Source: Candidatus Zixiibacteriota bacterium
Lineage (GTDB): Bacteria > Zixibacteria > MSB-5A5 > GN15 > JAAZOE01
Reading direction: 5' to 3'
DNA length: 64,000 nt
Assembly: GCA_036480375.1 (NCBI GenBank)
Contig: JAZGGI010000021.1
Span: 10,083 to 74,082, forward strand
Shown here piece after piece: positions 25,595 to 34,009 of this stretch. The translations under genes and the position numbers were made by a program. The first letter of the stretch is position 1. The number at the start of each line of letters is the position of its first letter. The notes beneath the pieces are model-generated. The model saw nothing but the letters and a program-made list of their open reading frames with translations, made no database searches and was not told the origin of the DNA.

Positions 25595-25791
25595 GACAAA
25601 ACGAACCCAATTCGCCGTAAGCCTCACAGGCATATTCAAATAGGAGGAATTTACAAATTCGCAATTGTGGATAACTAATATAAATTCACGCAATTATCGT
25701 GAAAATCAAAACTGGCCAGTAGGGGCTCGTCGCGACGAGCCCACTGAGACGAAACTATATTTATCGCGGGTCGCTCGCGAGCGACCCCTAC
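25595..25791. repeat. Intergenic repeat element, copy B (conserved 23-mer module plus REPIN-like inverted REP doublet)
   Basis: The 23-mer aaaacgaacccaattcgccgtaa (25598-25620) is identical to 63442-63464. GTAG (25719-25722) precedes the palindrome gggctcgtcgcgacgagccc (25723-25742). The palindrome gggtcgctcgcgagcgaccc (25768-25787) is followed by CTAC (25788-25791). Confidence 0.55.
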
Positions 25792-25801
25792 AGTAAAAAT
25801 T

Positions 25802-26842
25802 TTACTCAAACGGTTCTGAAAAATTCTTATTCGGCTCGATAAACAAACGCTTGTCATAGTAGTCAAAAACCAGATTAAAGCGCGAGAGTAATCCCAATCC
25901 AATCATTACCTCACTAAATGTGTTCTTACTATGCTCTTCCGAAATATAAGCTACAATCGCATTATTGATTTTGTATCCGCCAATTTCAATTTGAGGCATG
26001 CGTCCGAAATATCCCAGGGTTTCGGTGCCTTCAATATTTCTTCCCAGACTCCCTGCGGTAGAATTCTCGGGGACTGTTATACTATTTTCTTTTCCGGTTG
26101 CAATTTCCAATTGATCGTTATATCCCAAATCCATGAGCACTTTTACAGATACATCACGGCCATCCGAAAGTTTTAGATTTACGGGGATCGACCATGGACC
26201 AAATCCTATCGGCTCCCAGGGAACGGCAACTCCCGAACCGCCATATTCAAATTTGCCCGGCTCGCTTAGTGTCATCATCATTTCATCAAAATTTATATCG
26301 ACAATAAAATGTTTTAATAGGCCCGCGCTGATCTGCCCAACACTTCCAGACCACATAACACTGTTACCAGAGCTATAAGGCGTAATGATCGCCTCCTGAT
26401 CGGTCAGTTCAACTCCGGGAAAACCAACCGTTATCCCTGATGCTGTTCTGGATTGAATTCCACTATCATCTTTTGATCCTCCGATCGAAATTTCGCCTTC
26501 ATATTTCAACCCCAAAGAATCTACCTTTGGACTGCCCCAGAATAGCAACTGGTCCCAGTGGAAGCCGTCATCAAGGAGAAATTGAACATCATGGCCATTG
26601 ATTTTACAATTAAAGCGAATATCTCCGCGATAAATATCAAATGGGAATTTAATGATGCGTTGTTCCGAAAGGTAATTTAGTTTTCCTGGGGGAGGAGTCA
26701 GTTCAGTTTTTGATTCATCATCGCCAAGAGCATAAGGTGCCAGATAAATCAAAAACGTAATTGTTATGAGAAATCCCTGAAAGAATTTCAGTCCGATTAC
26801 CTTTGAGAAGGATGACAGGAAATTAATTGTGTGGAATTTCAT
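25802..26842 (-). CDS. Exported two-lobed retropepsin-like (clan AA aspartic peptidase-like) protein with non-canonical active-site triads
   Basis: 346-aa ORF with an N-terminal hydrophobic anchor or signal. It has two repeated lobes, each ending in a G.lG..lL..F.v..D motif (SAGLLKHFIVDINFD and IGLGLLSRFNLVFDYY). The D-T/S-G positions read LLDDGF and LMDLGY. Confidence 0.4.
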   Translation of the reverse strand: MKFHTINFLSSFSKVIGLKFFQGFLITITFLIYLAPYALGDDESKTELTPPPGKLNYLSEQRIIKFPFDIYRGDIRFNCKINGHDVQFLLDDGFHWDQLLFWGSPKVDSLGLKYEGEISIGGSKDDSGIQSRTASGITVGFPGVELTDQEAIITPYSSGNSVMWSGSVGQISAGLLKHFIVDINFDEMMMTLSEPGKFEYGGSGVAVPWEPIGFGPWSIPVNLKLSDGRDVSVKVLMDLGYNDQLEIATGKENSITVPENSTAGSLGRNIEGTETLGYFGRMPQIEIGGYKINNAIVAYISEEHSKNTFSEVMIGLGLLSRFNLVFDYYDKRLFIEPNKNFSEPFE

Positions 26843-27477
26843 TTGATAGTTCCTCCGGTATAGCGTATTCCGCGACTAAACATATCGAGGTAATGATCTA
26901 TATATTCGTCCGATTCAAAGCAGGCGAATGAGTAGGTGGTTGACAGAGCCCTGTTAATGATACTTCTAATGGAATAAAGAAATTGACTGATGCAAAGATC
27001 GACTTTCAAGTCAGCCCGCAAAGAACCATCTTTAATTCCCATTTGGAAAATACCACGCAAGCCTTCAGCAAGTTCGTTGTTTAAATTATCAAAACTTTCA
27101 AATGCTTCGCCGCTAATCGAATCGGGATCGAGTCCTTTTAAATCCCAGTAAAGCTGCAAATATAATGACTGGGGATTTCGCCGGGAAAAATCATAAAGGG
27201 TCTTCCCCCATATCGTAATTTTATCTAAACCGCTCCGAGTTAACTCCATCGCCTTTTGCTGTTCTCTCCAACGGGTTTTATTATCTTCGATGAGAACCAT
27301 AAGGCAAATTTCATCACGGCTCTTAAAATAGGAATACAGGGTGCGCCGAGTATATTCGGCCGCCGAAGCTATATCTTCCATAGAAGTATTTTCGATACCC
27401 TGTTGGGCGAAAAGTCCGCGCGCTGCATCCAGTATATAGCTTTGGCGAATCTCCCTCTCGGCTGTTTTTCTTGACAA
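26839..27477 (-). CDS. TetR/AcrR family transcriptional regulator
   Basis: The N-terminal HTH ILDAARGLFAQQGIENTSMEDIASAAEYTRRTLYSYFKSRDEI is typical TetR_N. It overlaps the downstream gene by 4 nt. Confidence 0.85.
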   Translation of the reverse strand: MSRKTAEREIRQSYILDAARGLFAQQGIENTSMEDIASAAEYTRRTLYSYFKSRDEICLMVLIEDNKTRWREQQKAMELTRSGLDKITIWGKTLYDFSRRNPQSLYLQLYWDLKGLDPDSISGEAFESFDNLNNELAEGLRGIFQMGIKDGSLRADLKVDLCISQFLYSIRSIINRALSTTYSFACFESDEYIDHYLDMFSRGIRYTGGTIK

Positions 27478-27621
27478 AATGACACTCCTTTTACAAGATA
27501 CACAGTATGTGTAATATAATGCATTATACGAGTAATGGTGATTTTTGTTTCATTGTTTTCGAAATAAAGTAATATTCAGTTGGCGTTCACTCTCCAGCGC
27601 TGAAGGAGAAAGGAAAATCAT

Positions 27622-28164
27622 TTGCCAACAATATTCACTCATGCCATAACCGGATTGGCAGCCGGGAAAATGCTCTGGCTCAAAAACCTGCCCAAGAGGT
27701 TTTGGATAATATCAATAATCCTGCCAATTATACCCGACGCCGATGTTATAATGTTTCGTCTTGGATTTGCCTACGGTCATTTTCTGGGGCATCGTGGTTT
27801 TTTCCATTCTATACCGTTCGCGTTAGTTTTGGCATTTATCGTGATGATTTTATTTTTCCGCGAGGCAAAACTGTTTTCAAAACGCTGGAATATCCTGACA
27901 ATTTATTTCTTCTTAATCTCCGCCTCACACGGTATGCTTGATGCTCTTACCAATGGCGGAGAAGGTGTCGCGCTTTTGTCTCCCTTTTCTCAGATAAGAT
28001 GGTTTTTTCCCTTCAGGCCTATACTGGTTTCTCCAATCGGTATCAATAGTTTTTTTAGTGAATGGGGGATGCGTGTAATTATAAATGAGATCCTCTGGAT
28101 TTGGTTGCCATCGCTAATAGTACTATCTTTGGCGAAACTATTAACACGCCGAAATCGTAAATAA
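27622..28164 (+). CDS. Membrane-bound metal-dependent hydrolase, YdjM/DUF457 family
   Basis: 180-aa polytopic protein with the N-terminal PTIFTHAITG motif and conserved His/Asp residues (IPDADV, GHRGFFHS). It uses a TTG start. Confidence 0.7.
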   Translation: MPTIFTHAITGLAAGKMLWLKNLPKRFWIISIILPIIPDADVIMFRLGFAYGHFLGHRGFFHSIPFALVLAFIVMILFFREAKLFSKRWNILTIYFFLISASHGMLDALTNGGEGVALLSPFSQIRWFFPFRPILVSPIGINSFFSEWGMRVIINEILWIWLPSLIVLSLAKLLTRRNRK

Positions 28165-28204
28165 TAGCTATTGGTTCCCAAGAATTAATTAAGGAGACTT
28201 AAAA

Positions 28205-28699
28205 ATGATTACTATTCGTAAATATCAAAAAAAGGATTCTGTGGCAGTCGGTAAATTAATCGCTGACACTTTTCTGAAATATAATCTTTCTTATGCCTCG
28301 CCAGAAGAACAGCAAAAACTTCTGGGGCCTTTTCGAAATGCTCGATCTAAAAGTCAGTCACATCAGGATGAGATTGCCAAATTGATATCCGCTCCAATGG
28401 TATTTGTAGCGGTTCAGGACAAGAAAAAAATAGTTGGAGTGTTGAGGGGCAGCAAAGAGAAAATGCGGAGTTTGTTTGTGCTCGGGAATTCTCATCGGAA
28501 TGGATTTGGTCGGAAACTTGTTATGCGATTTGAGAAAGAGTGTGTTTCGCAGAATTCTCAAGTGATTAAGTTGATGGCTACCGTTTACGCAATTCCATTT
28601 TATCAGAAAATGGGCTATAAGAAAACTACCGGGATTAGAAAAATGAACTGTCTTGATGGCACCGGCTTACCTTACCAGCCGATGAAGAAAATTATTTAA
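28205..28699 (+). CDS. GNAT family N-acetyltransferase
   Basis: 164-aa ORF with acetyl-CoA binding motif A (HRNGFGRKLV) and FYQKMGYK. Confidence 0.8.
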   Translation: MITIRKYQKKDSVAVGKLIADTFLKYNLSYASPEEQQKLLGPFRNARSKSQSHQDEIAKLISAPMVFVAVQDKKKIVGVLRGSKEKMRSLFVLGNSHRNGFGRKLVMRFEKECVSQNSQVIKLMATVYAIPFYQKMGYKKTTGIRKMNCLDGTGLPYQPMKKII

Positions 28700-28741
28700 A
28701 ACTCGTGGTTGGTGTACATCCTCGTGCGCCAATAAATATAT

Positions 28742-28770
28742 AAAAATCCCGCTTTTGATGCGGGGTTTTT
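28742..28770. terminator. Bidirectional rho-independent terminator between the GNAT gene and ctc
   Basis: Stem cccgc (28748-28752) pairs with gcggg (28760-28764). An A-run lies on the 5' side and T5 on the 3' side. Confidence 0.6.
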
Positions 28771-28803
28771 ATTATGATTAATTTATGCGGCAACGTTAGA
28801 CAG

Positions 28804-29499
28804 TTATTTCTTCTTGTCGCCTTCTTCTTTCTTCTCTTCGCCTTCTTCTTTCTTTTCTTCACCTTCAGCGCCCTCTTCGCCTTCAGCGCCTTCTTCGCCT
28901 TCAGGCTCTTCTTCTTCAGCAGCTTCAACTTCCTTGATGACCGTCGGAGCGCTAATAGTTACGATGGTGCGAACAGCGTCGGTTATTACATCCACTTTAT
29001 CAAGCTCAATATCCGAAACGTGAATTGATTCCCCGATGTTCAGATGAGAAATATCAATTTCGATTTTTTCGGGTATTTCGGCCGGCAAACATGAAATTTC
29101 GATTTCACGCCTGATATTCTGAACGACACCGCCAAAGTTTTTAACGCCTTCAGGGATACCAACCGTTATGACGGGAATCGTAATAGTAATCGGTTGATCC
29201 ATCGAAATATTGTGAAAATCAAGATGCAAAAGCTCGCCCGAAACGGGATCCTTTTGCAATTCCCGAATGAGGACTTTGCGAGCCGGTTCGTCCATTCCGT
29301 CAATTTCAAGATTAATAATCGTTGATAGGGGAACGCCGTGCATTAATTGATACAGTTCGCGGTAATTAACCTGAATCGAAATCGGTTCCGTATTCGGACC
29401 ATATATAACCGCGGGGATGTTTCCTTCACCGCGCAGACGGCGATTGAAACCTTTTCCAGTGTTTTCCCGTTTGGAAACTTTCAGATTAAGTTCTTTCAT
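28804..29499 (-). CDS. rplY: 50S ribosomal protein L25 / general stress protein Ctc with an acidic low-complexity tail
   Basis: The N-terminus LNLKVSKRENTGKGFNRRLRGEGNIPAVIYG is canonical L25/Ctc. The C-terminal tail is EEEEPEGEEGAEGEEGAEGEEKKEEGEEKKEEGDKKK. Confidence 0.9.
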   Translation of the reverse strand: MKELNLKVSKRENTGKGFNRRLRGEGNIPAVIYGPNTEPISIQVNYRELYQLMHGVPLSTIINLEIDGMDEPARKVLIRELQKDPVSGELLHLDFHNISMDQPITITIPVITVGIPEGVKNFGGVVQNIRREIEISCLPAEIPEKIEIDISHLNIGESIHVSDIELDKVDVITDAVRTIVTISAPTVIKEVEAAEEEEPEGEEGAEGEEGAEGEEKKEEGEEKKEEGDKKK

Positions 29500-29530
29500 C
29501 TATTCAAACCTCCAGAAATATTTTCGTGTC

Positions 29531-30475
29531 TTAAGTTCTAAACATCATTGATACCGAAGCGTCAGTTTCAATTCTATCAATCGACTCGGCAAACGTTTCG
29601 GCACAGCTTAATACCGTAAACTTATCGGATAGGTGTCGCTGTGACTGATCGATCGAGTCGGATATAATTACTTTTTCAATCGGCGAATTATCGAGTCTTT
29701 CCAGGGCGTTGCCGGATAAAACACCGTGCGCCGCGCAGGCGTATATTTTCCCGCATCCGGCTTCCTTGAGCGCCTTGGCGGCTTCAGTCAGAGTTCCGGC
29801 GGTATCAATCATATCGTCACGGATGATGACATCGCAGCCATCGACTTCACCGATGATATGTACAACCTTTGCCTTGTTTTGTTCCGGTCGCCTTTTATCG
29901 ATTATGGCCAGGCTCGCCCGCATCGTTTTGGCGAAGGCGCGGGCCACTTTTATTGAGCCGACATCAGGGCTGACAACGACTAAATTGTCAGTCGGGATTT
30001 CTTGCAGGAAATCGTTAAATATGATTGACGAATAAAGGTGGTCAACCGGAATCGTAAAGAAACCCTGAATTTGAGCGGCGTGTAAATCCATAGTTATAAC
30101 ACGGTCGGCTCCGGCGGTGCTTAATAGATCGGCGATTAGCTTGGCGGCGATACACACCCGGGGCATTTCTTTTCGATCGGCGCGACCATATCCATAATAC
30201 GGAATCACAGCCGTAATATTTTTGGCCGAGGACCGGCGCGAAGCCTCAATAAGCATTAACAGTTCAAACAGGTTATCGGCAGACGGATTGGTCGGTTGAA
30301 CGATAAAAACATGCGCACCCCGAATATTTTCATTAATCTGAACAAATATCTCGCCGTCCGAAAATCTTTTTATTTCGGTATCACACAGGGGAACATTGAG
30401 CTTGCGAGCGATCGCTTCGCCCAAAGGCCGGTTAGCCGTTCCGCAAATTATTCGCACATGTTTATTATTCAGCAT
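29531..30475 (-). CDS. prs: Ribose-phosphate pyrophosphokinase
   Basis: 314-aa ORF with FSDGE, the PRPP-binding loop VVSPDVGS and DDMIDTAGT. Confidence 0.95.
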   Translation of the reverse strand: MLNNKHVRIICGTANRPLGEAIARKLNVPLCDTEIKRFSDGEIFVQINENIRGAHVFIVQPTNPSADNLFELLMLIEASRRSSAKNITAVIPYYGYGRADRKEMPRVCIAAKLIADLLSTAGADRVITMDLHAAQIQGFFTIPVDHLYSSIIFNDFLQEIPTDNLVVVSPDVGSIKVARAFAKTMRASLAIIDKRRPEQNKAKVVHIIGEVDGCDVIIRDDMIDTAGTLTEAAKALKEAGCGKIYACAAHGVLSGNALERLDNSPIEKVIISDSIDQSQRHLSDKFTVLSCAETFAESIDRIETDASVSMMFRT

Positions 30476-30506
30476 ATCTATGTGTCAGTTTTCCCTTGGT
30501 TATGAT

Positions 30507-30544
30507 AAAAAACCTGTCCCGGTTCATCGCGGACTCGGAACAGG
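30507..30544 (-). terminator. Rho-independent terminator following tRNA-Gln
   Basis: On the minus strand: cctgttccg, a 14-nt loop, cgggacagg, then T6. Confidence 0.55.
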
Positions 30545-30570
30545 TGAACCTTTCATAACTTGTCGTCTGG

Positions 30571-30642
30571 CTGGGGCGGCAGGATTCGAACCTGCGAATG
30601 CAAGCTCCAAAGGCTTGTGTCTTACCACTTGACGACGCCCCA
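30571..30642 (-). tRNA. tRNA-Gln (anticodon UUG)
   Basis: The reverse complement TGGGGCGTCGTCAAGTGGTAAGACACAAGCCTTTGGAGCTTGCATTCGCAGGTTCGAATCCTGCCGCCCCAG folds as a cloverleaf. It has a 7-bp acceptor stem, anticodon stem CAAGC/GCTTG, loop CTTTGGA (anticodon TTG), and T-arm GCAGG-TTCGAAT-CCTGC. Confidence 0.9.
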
Positions 30643-30652
30643 ATAATTTTCT

Positions 30653-30928
30653 TTACGCCTGTTGAGCAGTAGAGGCTTTTAATTCCGTCTCATAAGCCTC
30701 CAAAACTTTTTCCTCAATCTGTTGGCGAGTTTCATTGTTAATCGGATGGCAGATATCCTGATGACTGCCGTCCGGCCTTTTCCTGCTCGGCATCGACACA
30801 AAATACCCGGAGTTACCCGAAATTATCTTGAGTCCCCGAACAACAAAGGCGTTGTCGAAGGTCACGTTAGCGAACCCTTTAAGTTTTTCCTCGTTACGTA
30901 ACGTGATTCTTATCTCGGTGATTTCCAC
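30653..30928 (-). CDS. spoVG: Septation protein SpoVG
   Basis: MEITEIRITLRNEEKLKGFANVTFDNAFVVRGLKIISGNSGYFVSMPSRK is a near-canonical SpoVG sequence. Confidence 0.9.
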   Translation of the reverse strand: MEITEIRITLRNEEKLKGFANVTFDNAFVVRGLKIISGNSGYFVSMPSRKRPDGSHQDICHPINNETRQQIEEKVLEAYETELKASTAQQA

Positions 30929-30953
30929 GGCTGACTCCTCCCGCTGAATGCGG

Positions 30954-31898
30954 TTAACTCACCCTAAGCGGTAGGATAAGAGGGTCCACATCAAAACACC
31001 CCCATCCTTCCCCCACGAAGGATAATGCGAATTCTTCCTCAACGGCGCCTTTATCAAAAAGACCAAAAATTGTGGGACCACTACCGCTAAGTCTCGCAAT
31101 TCTTGCGCCTGCTTTTATCAGCCTTTCTTCTATATCCCCCAATACCGGATATAACTTTTTCAACTCAATTTCTAAGTCATTGGCCATTTGGGAAATCACA
31201 CCAAATAACTCAGCCGTTGTTTTACAACATATTAAGTTAACATTCCTCAGCGGCTCTGTCAAGTCCAATTTCAAAATCCGATAGGCCTTGGCAGCTCGGA
31301 TTTCAAAGTCGGGCGTCACAAGGATAACCTTGTAATCGATTGGCAATTGAAAGGATTTGACGTTTTCGCCCCGTCCGCAGACTTCTGCCTGCCCGGTGCC
31401 AAAGAAAAAGGGGACGTCAGAGCCGATTTCGAGCCCGATTTTCTCCATTTCCTGACGGCTCAAATTCAAATTAACCAATTTATTGGCTGCTTTAATGAAT
31501 GCTGCCGCATCCGAAGAACCGCCCCCTAAACCAGCCCCGGCAGGAATTTGTTTAAATAACGTTATCTTAAACCCCAAATTCCGTCCAAAATTGCGTTGAA
31601 TCAATTCCGCCGCTTTATAAACAAGGTTATTTGGACCGATTGGAATCGATTCCCAATTGGTTTCAATCAATATATCCGGTTTGGTCAATTTTCTGATAAG
31701 TAGATGATCAGCCAGATCTACCGCCTGAAACCAGGAATAAATATCATGATAGCCGTCAGGCCGTTTGCCGGTTACCTTTAAAAACAAATTGATCTTGGCC
31801 GGAGCGGATATAAATATTTCCGACCCGCCCTGATTGACTCGTCCCGCAAATTCGGGCTTAGTTTTGGGATTAAGCTCCATAATGTTGTAGTATATCAT
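30954..31898 (-). CDS. ispE: 4-diphosphocytidyl-2-C-methyl-D-erythritol kinase
   Basis: It has the APAKINLFLKVTGKRPDGYH N-terminus and the GHMP kinase motif IPAGAGLGGGSSDAAA. The true start may be the Met at 31880. Confidence 0.9.
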   Translation of the reverse strand: MIYYNIMELNPKTKPEFAGRVNQGGSEIFISAPAKINLFLKVTGKRPDGYHDIYSWFQAVDLADHLLIRKLTKPDILIETNWESIPIGPNNLVYKAAELIQRNFGRNLGFKITLFKQIPAGAGLGGGSSDAAAFIKAANKLVNLNLSRQEMEKIGLEIGSDVPFFFGTGQAEVCGRGENVKSFQLPIDYKVILVTPDFEIRAAKAYRILKLDLTEPLRNVNLICCKTTAELFGVISQMANDLEIELKKLYPVLGDIEERLIKAGARIARLSGSGPTIFGLFDKGAVEEEFALSFVGEGWGCFDVDPLILPLRVS

Positions 31899-32010
31899 TT
31901 TAAATGATAAAGTTCAAGCCGCCCGGCAATAATCGGTTGACTTTCTTTGGTTTTCGGTGTTTTATTACTGCCTATAGGTGAGGAATATTTCAAAGAGATA
32001 GGAGACGGCA

Positions 32011-33939
32011 ATGGGAATGAATTTGGCTGAAAAAATCATTTCGGCTCATCTCGTTAGCGGAAAGATGGAAGCAGGCGAAGATATCGCCATAAAAATAGAC
32101 CAAACCCTGACCCAGGATGCAACCGGGACAATGTCTTATCTGCAGTTTGAGGCGTTGGGGCTAAAGAAAGTCCAGACGGAAGTTTCGGTCAGTTATATTG
32201 ATCATAATATGCTCCAGTCGGGATTCGAAAACGCCGATGACCATAATTACTTACAATCTGTCGCAGCCAAATACGGTATATATTTCTCTCGCCCGGGTAA
32301 CGGTATTTGCCATCAGGTTCATTTGGAACGGTTTGGAGTTCCGGGCAAAACCTTGATCGGTTCCGATTCGCATACTCCTACCGGAGGCGGAATCGGGATG
32401 CTGGCTATGGGTGCCGGCGGGCTCGATGTCGCCGTGGCTATGGGCGGTGGATCGTTTTATCTGAGAATGCCCGAAGTCCTGAAAGTCCACCTGACAGGTA
32501 AGTTAAAACCGTTTGTGACCGCCAAGGATATTATCCTTGAAGTATTGCGGGTTCTTTCGGTCAGAGGCGGTTTGGGCCGGATTATAGAGTATGGCGGTCC
32601 GGGTGTCAAAAATCTGACCGTTCCGCAGCGTGCCACGATTACCAATATGGGAGCCGAATTGGGCGCCACGACCTCGATCTTTCCGTCCGATGAAAATACG
32701 AAAGCATTCCTCAAGCTTCAAAAACGAGTAAAATCATGGATTCCCCTGGAAGCCGATCCCGATACCAAATACGCCAAAATTATAAAAATCGATCTCAATA
32801 AATTAGAGCCGATGATCGCCAAGCCGCATTCACCGGATAATGTCGTTAAAGTGAAGTCAATCAAACGGGTTAAGGTTGACCAGGTTTGTATTGGAAGCTG
32901 TACCAATTCTTCGTTTACCGATTTGATGATAACGGCCAGCTTATTCAAAGGTCGACATGTCCACCCCGAAGTTTCATGCACAATTTCACCAGGCTCAAAA
33001 CAGGTCTTGGAGGCGGTCGCATCAAATAACGCCCTGGCTGATTTAATCGGGGCCGGATGCCGCATAATAGAATCGGGATGCGGACCGTGCATCGGTATGG
33101 GACAAGCGCCGAATTCCGGAGCCGTTTCGATTCGTTCATTCAACCGCAATTTTCCGGGACGTTCCGGCACCAAAGACGCCCAGGTGTATCTGGCCAGCCC
33201 CGAAACCTGTGTAGCCGCGGCCGTTACCGGCTATATCACTGATCCCCGTGAATTGAAAAAATATCCTAAAGTAAAACTTCCCGAGAAAATCAGGATAGAT
33301 GATTCCGGTTTGATCGAGCCGTCAAAGGAACCGGCAAAAGTTAAGATTATGCGGGGACCCAATATCGCTCCGCTGCCGATTAACGAACCGATGCTGTCAA
33401 CTCTGGACGGTAAAGTGCTTCTAAAAGTAGGCGACAATATTACGACCGATCATATTATGCCGGCCGGGACCAAAATCCTGCCTCTGCGCTCAAATATTCC
33501 CAAAATCGCGGAATATGTTTATCATTATGTTGATTCCGATTTTGTGAAAAGAGCCAAAGATAATAAAGGGGGATTCATTGTCGGCGGCGAAAATTACGGT
33601 CAGGGTTCATCCCGCGAACATGCCGCGCTGGCGCCGATGTATCTGGGGCTGAAAATGGTTCTGACTAAATCATTTGCCCGTATTCATCTGGCCAACCTGA
33701 TAAATTTCGGAATTCTACCGCTTACCTTCGCTTACCCGGAAGATTATGACAAGGTTGATCAGGGCGATAATTTGAAATTGCCAATGGTGTCCGATATTCT
33801 CTCAACAGGCGCCGATATTACCGTCAAAAATATCACCAAGGGAATCGACATTCAGGTTACCTATTCACTGACTTCGAGGCAGATTCAGATTATTCGCGCT
33901 GGCGGACTACTGAATTATACGCGAGGCGGCGGTAAGTAG
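32011..33939 (+). CDS. Aconitate hydratase (short, ~640-aa aconitase family member)
   Basis: Fe-S cluster ligand motifs GSDSHT, IGSCTNSS and CGPCIGMG are present, followed by a swivel domain with GENYGQGSSREHAA. Confidence 0.85.
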   Translation: MGMNLAEKIISAHLVSGKMEAGEDIAIKIDQTLTQDATGTMSYLQFEALGLKKVQTEVSVSYIDHNMLQSGFENADDHNYLQSVAAKYGIYFSRPGNGICHQVHLERFGVPGKTLIGSDSHTPTGGGIGMLAMGAGGLDVAVAMGGGSFYLRMPEVLKVHLTGKLKPFVTAKDIILEVLRVLSVRGGLGRIIEYGGPGVKNLTVPQRATITNMGAELGATTSIFPSDENTKAFLKLQKRVKSWIPLEADPDTKYAKIIKIDLNKLEPMIAKPHSPDNVVKVKSIKRVKVDQVCIGSCTNSSFTDLMITASLFKGRHVHPEVSCTISPGSKQVLEAVASNNALADLIGAGCRIIESGCGPCIGMGQAPNSGAVSIRSFNRNFPGRSGTKDAQVYLASPETCVAAAVTGYITDPRELKKYPKVKLPEKIRIDDSGLIEPSKEPAKVKIMRGPNIAPLPINEPMLSTLDGKVLLKVGDNITTDHIMPAGTKILPLRSNIPKIAEYVYHYVDSDFVKRAKDNKGGFIVGGENYGQGSSREHAALAPMYLGLKMVLTKSFARIHLANLINFGILPLTFAYPEDYDKVDQGDNLKLPMVSDILSTGADITVKNITKGIDIQVTYSLTSRQIQIIRAGGLLNYTRGGGK

Positions 33940-34009
33940 AAGATTTATTGAAGCGCAAAATAACCGGGCGTGCCGAGCGCGTTCGGCTTAATATTAATGA
34001 AAGATTGAT

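Noticed and set aside
25479-25664. A 61-aa minus-strand ORF between the partner gene and the REPIN, considered as a possible third gene of the HD cassette.
   Set aside because: It has no RBS-like sequence, is Cys/Phe-rich with an odd composition, and overlaps the conserved 23-nt repeat module. It is most likely spurious.
33940-34009. A possible glycine riboswitch upstream of gcvT.
   Set aside because: The spacer is only 70 nt, and I could not find the tandem aptamer core motifs in it. It is too short for a glycine riboswitch plus expression platform.
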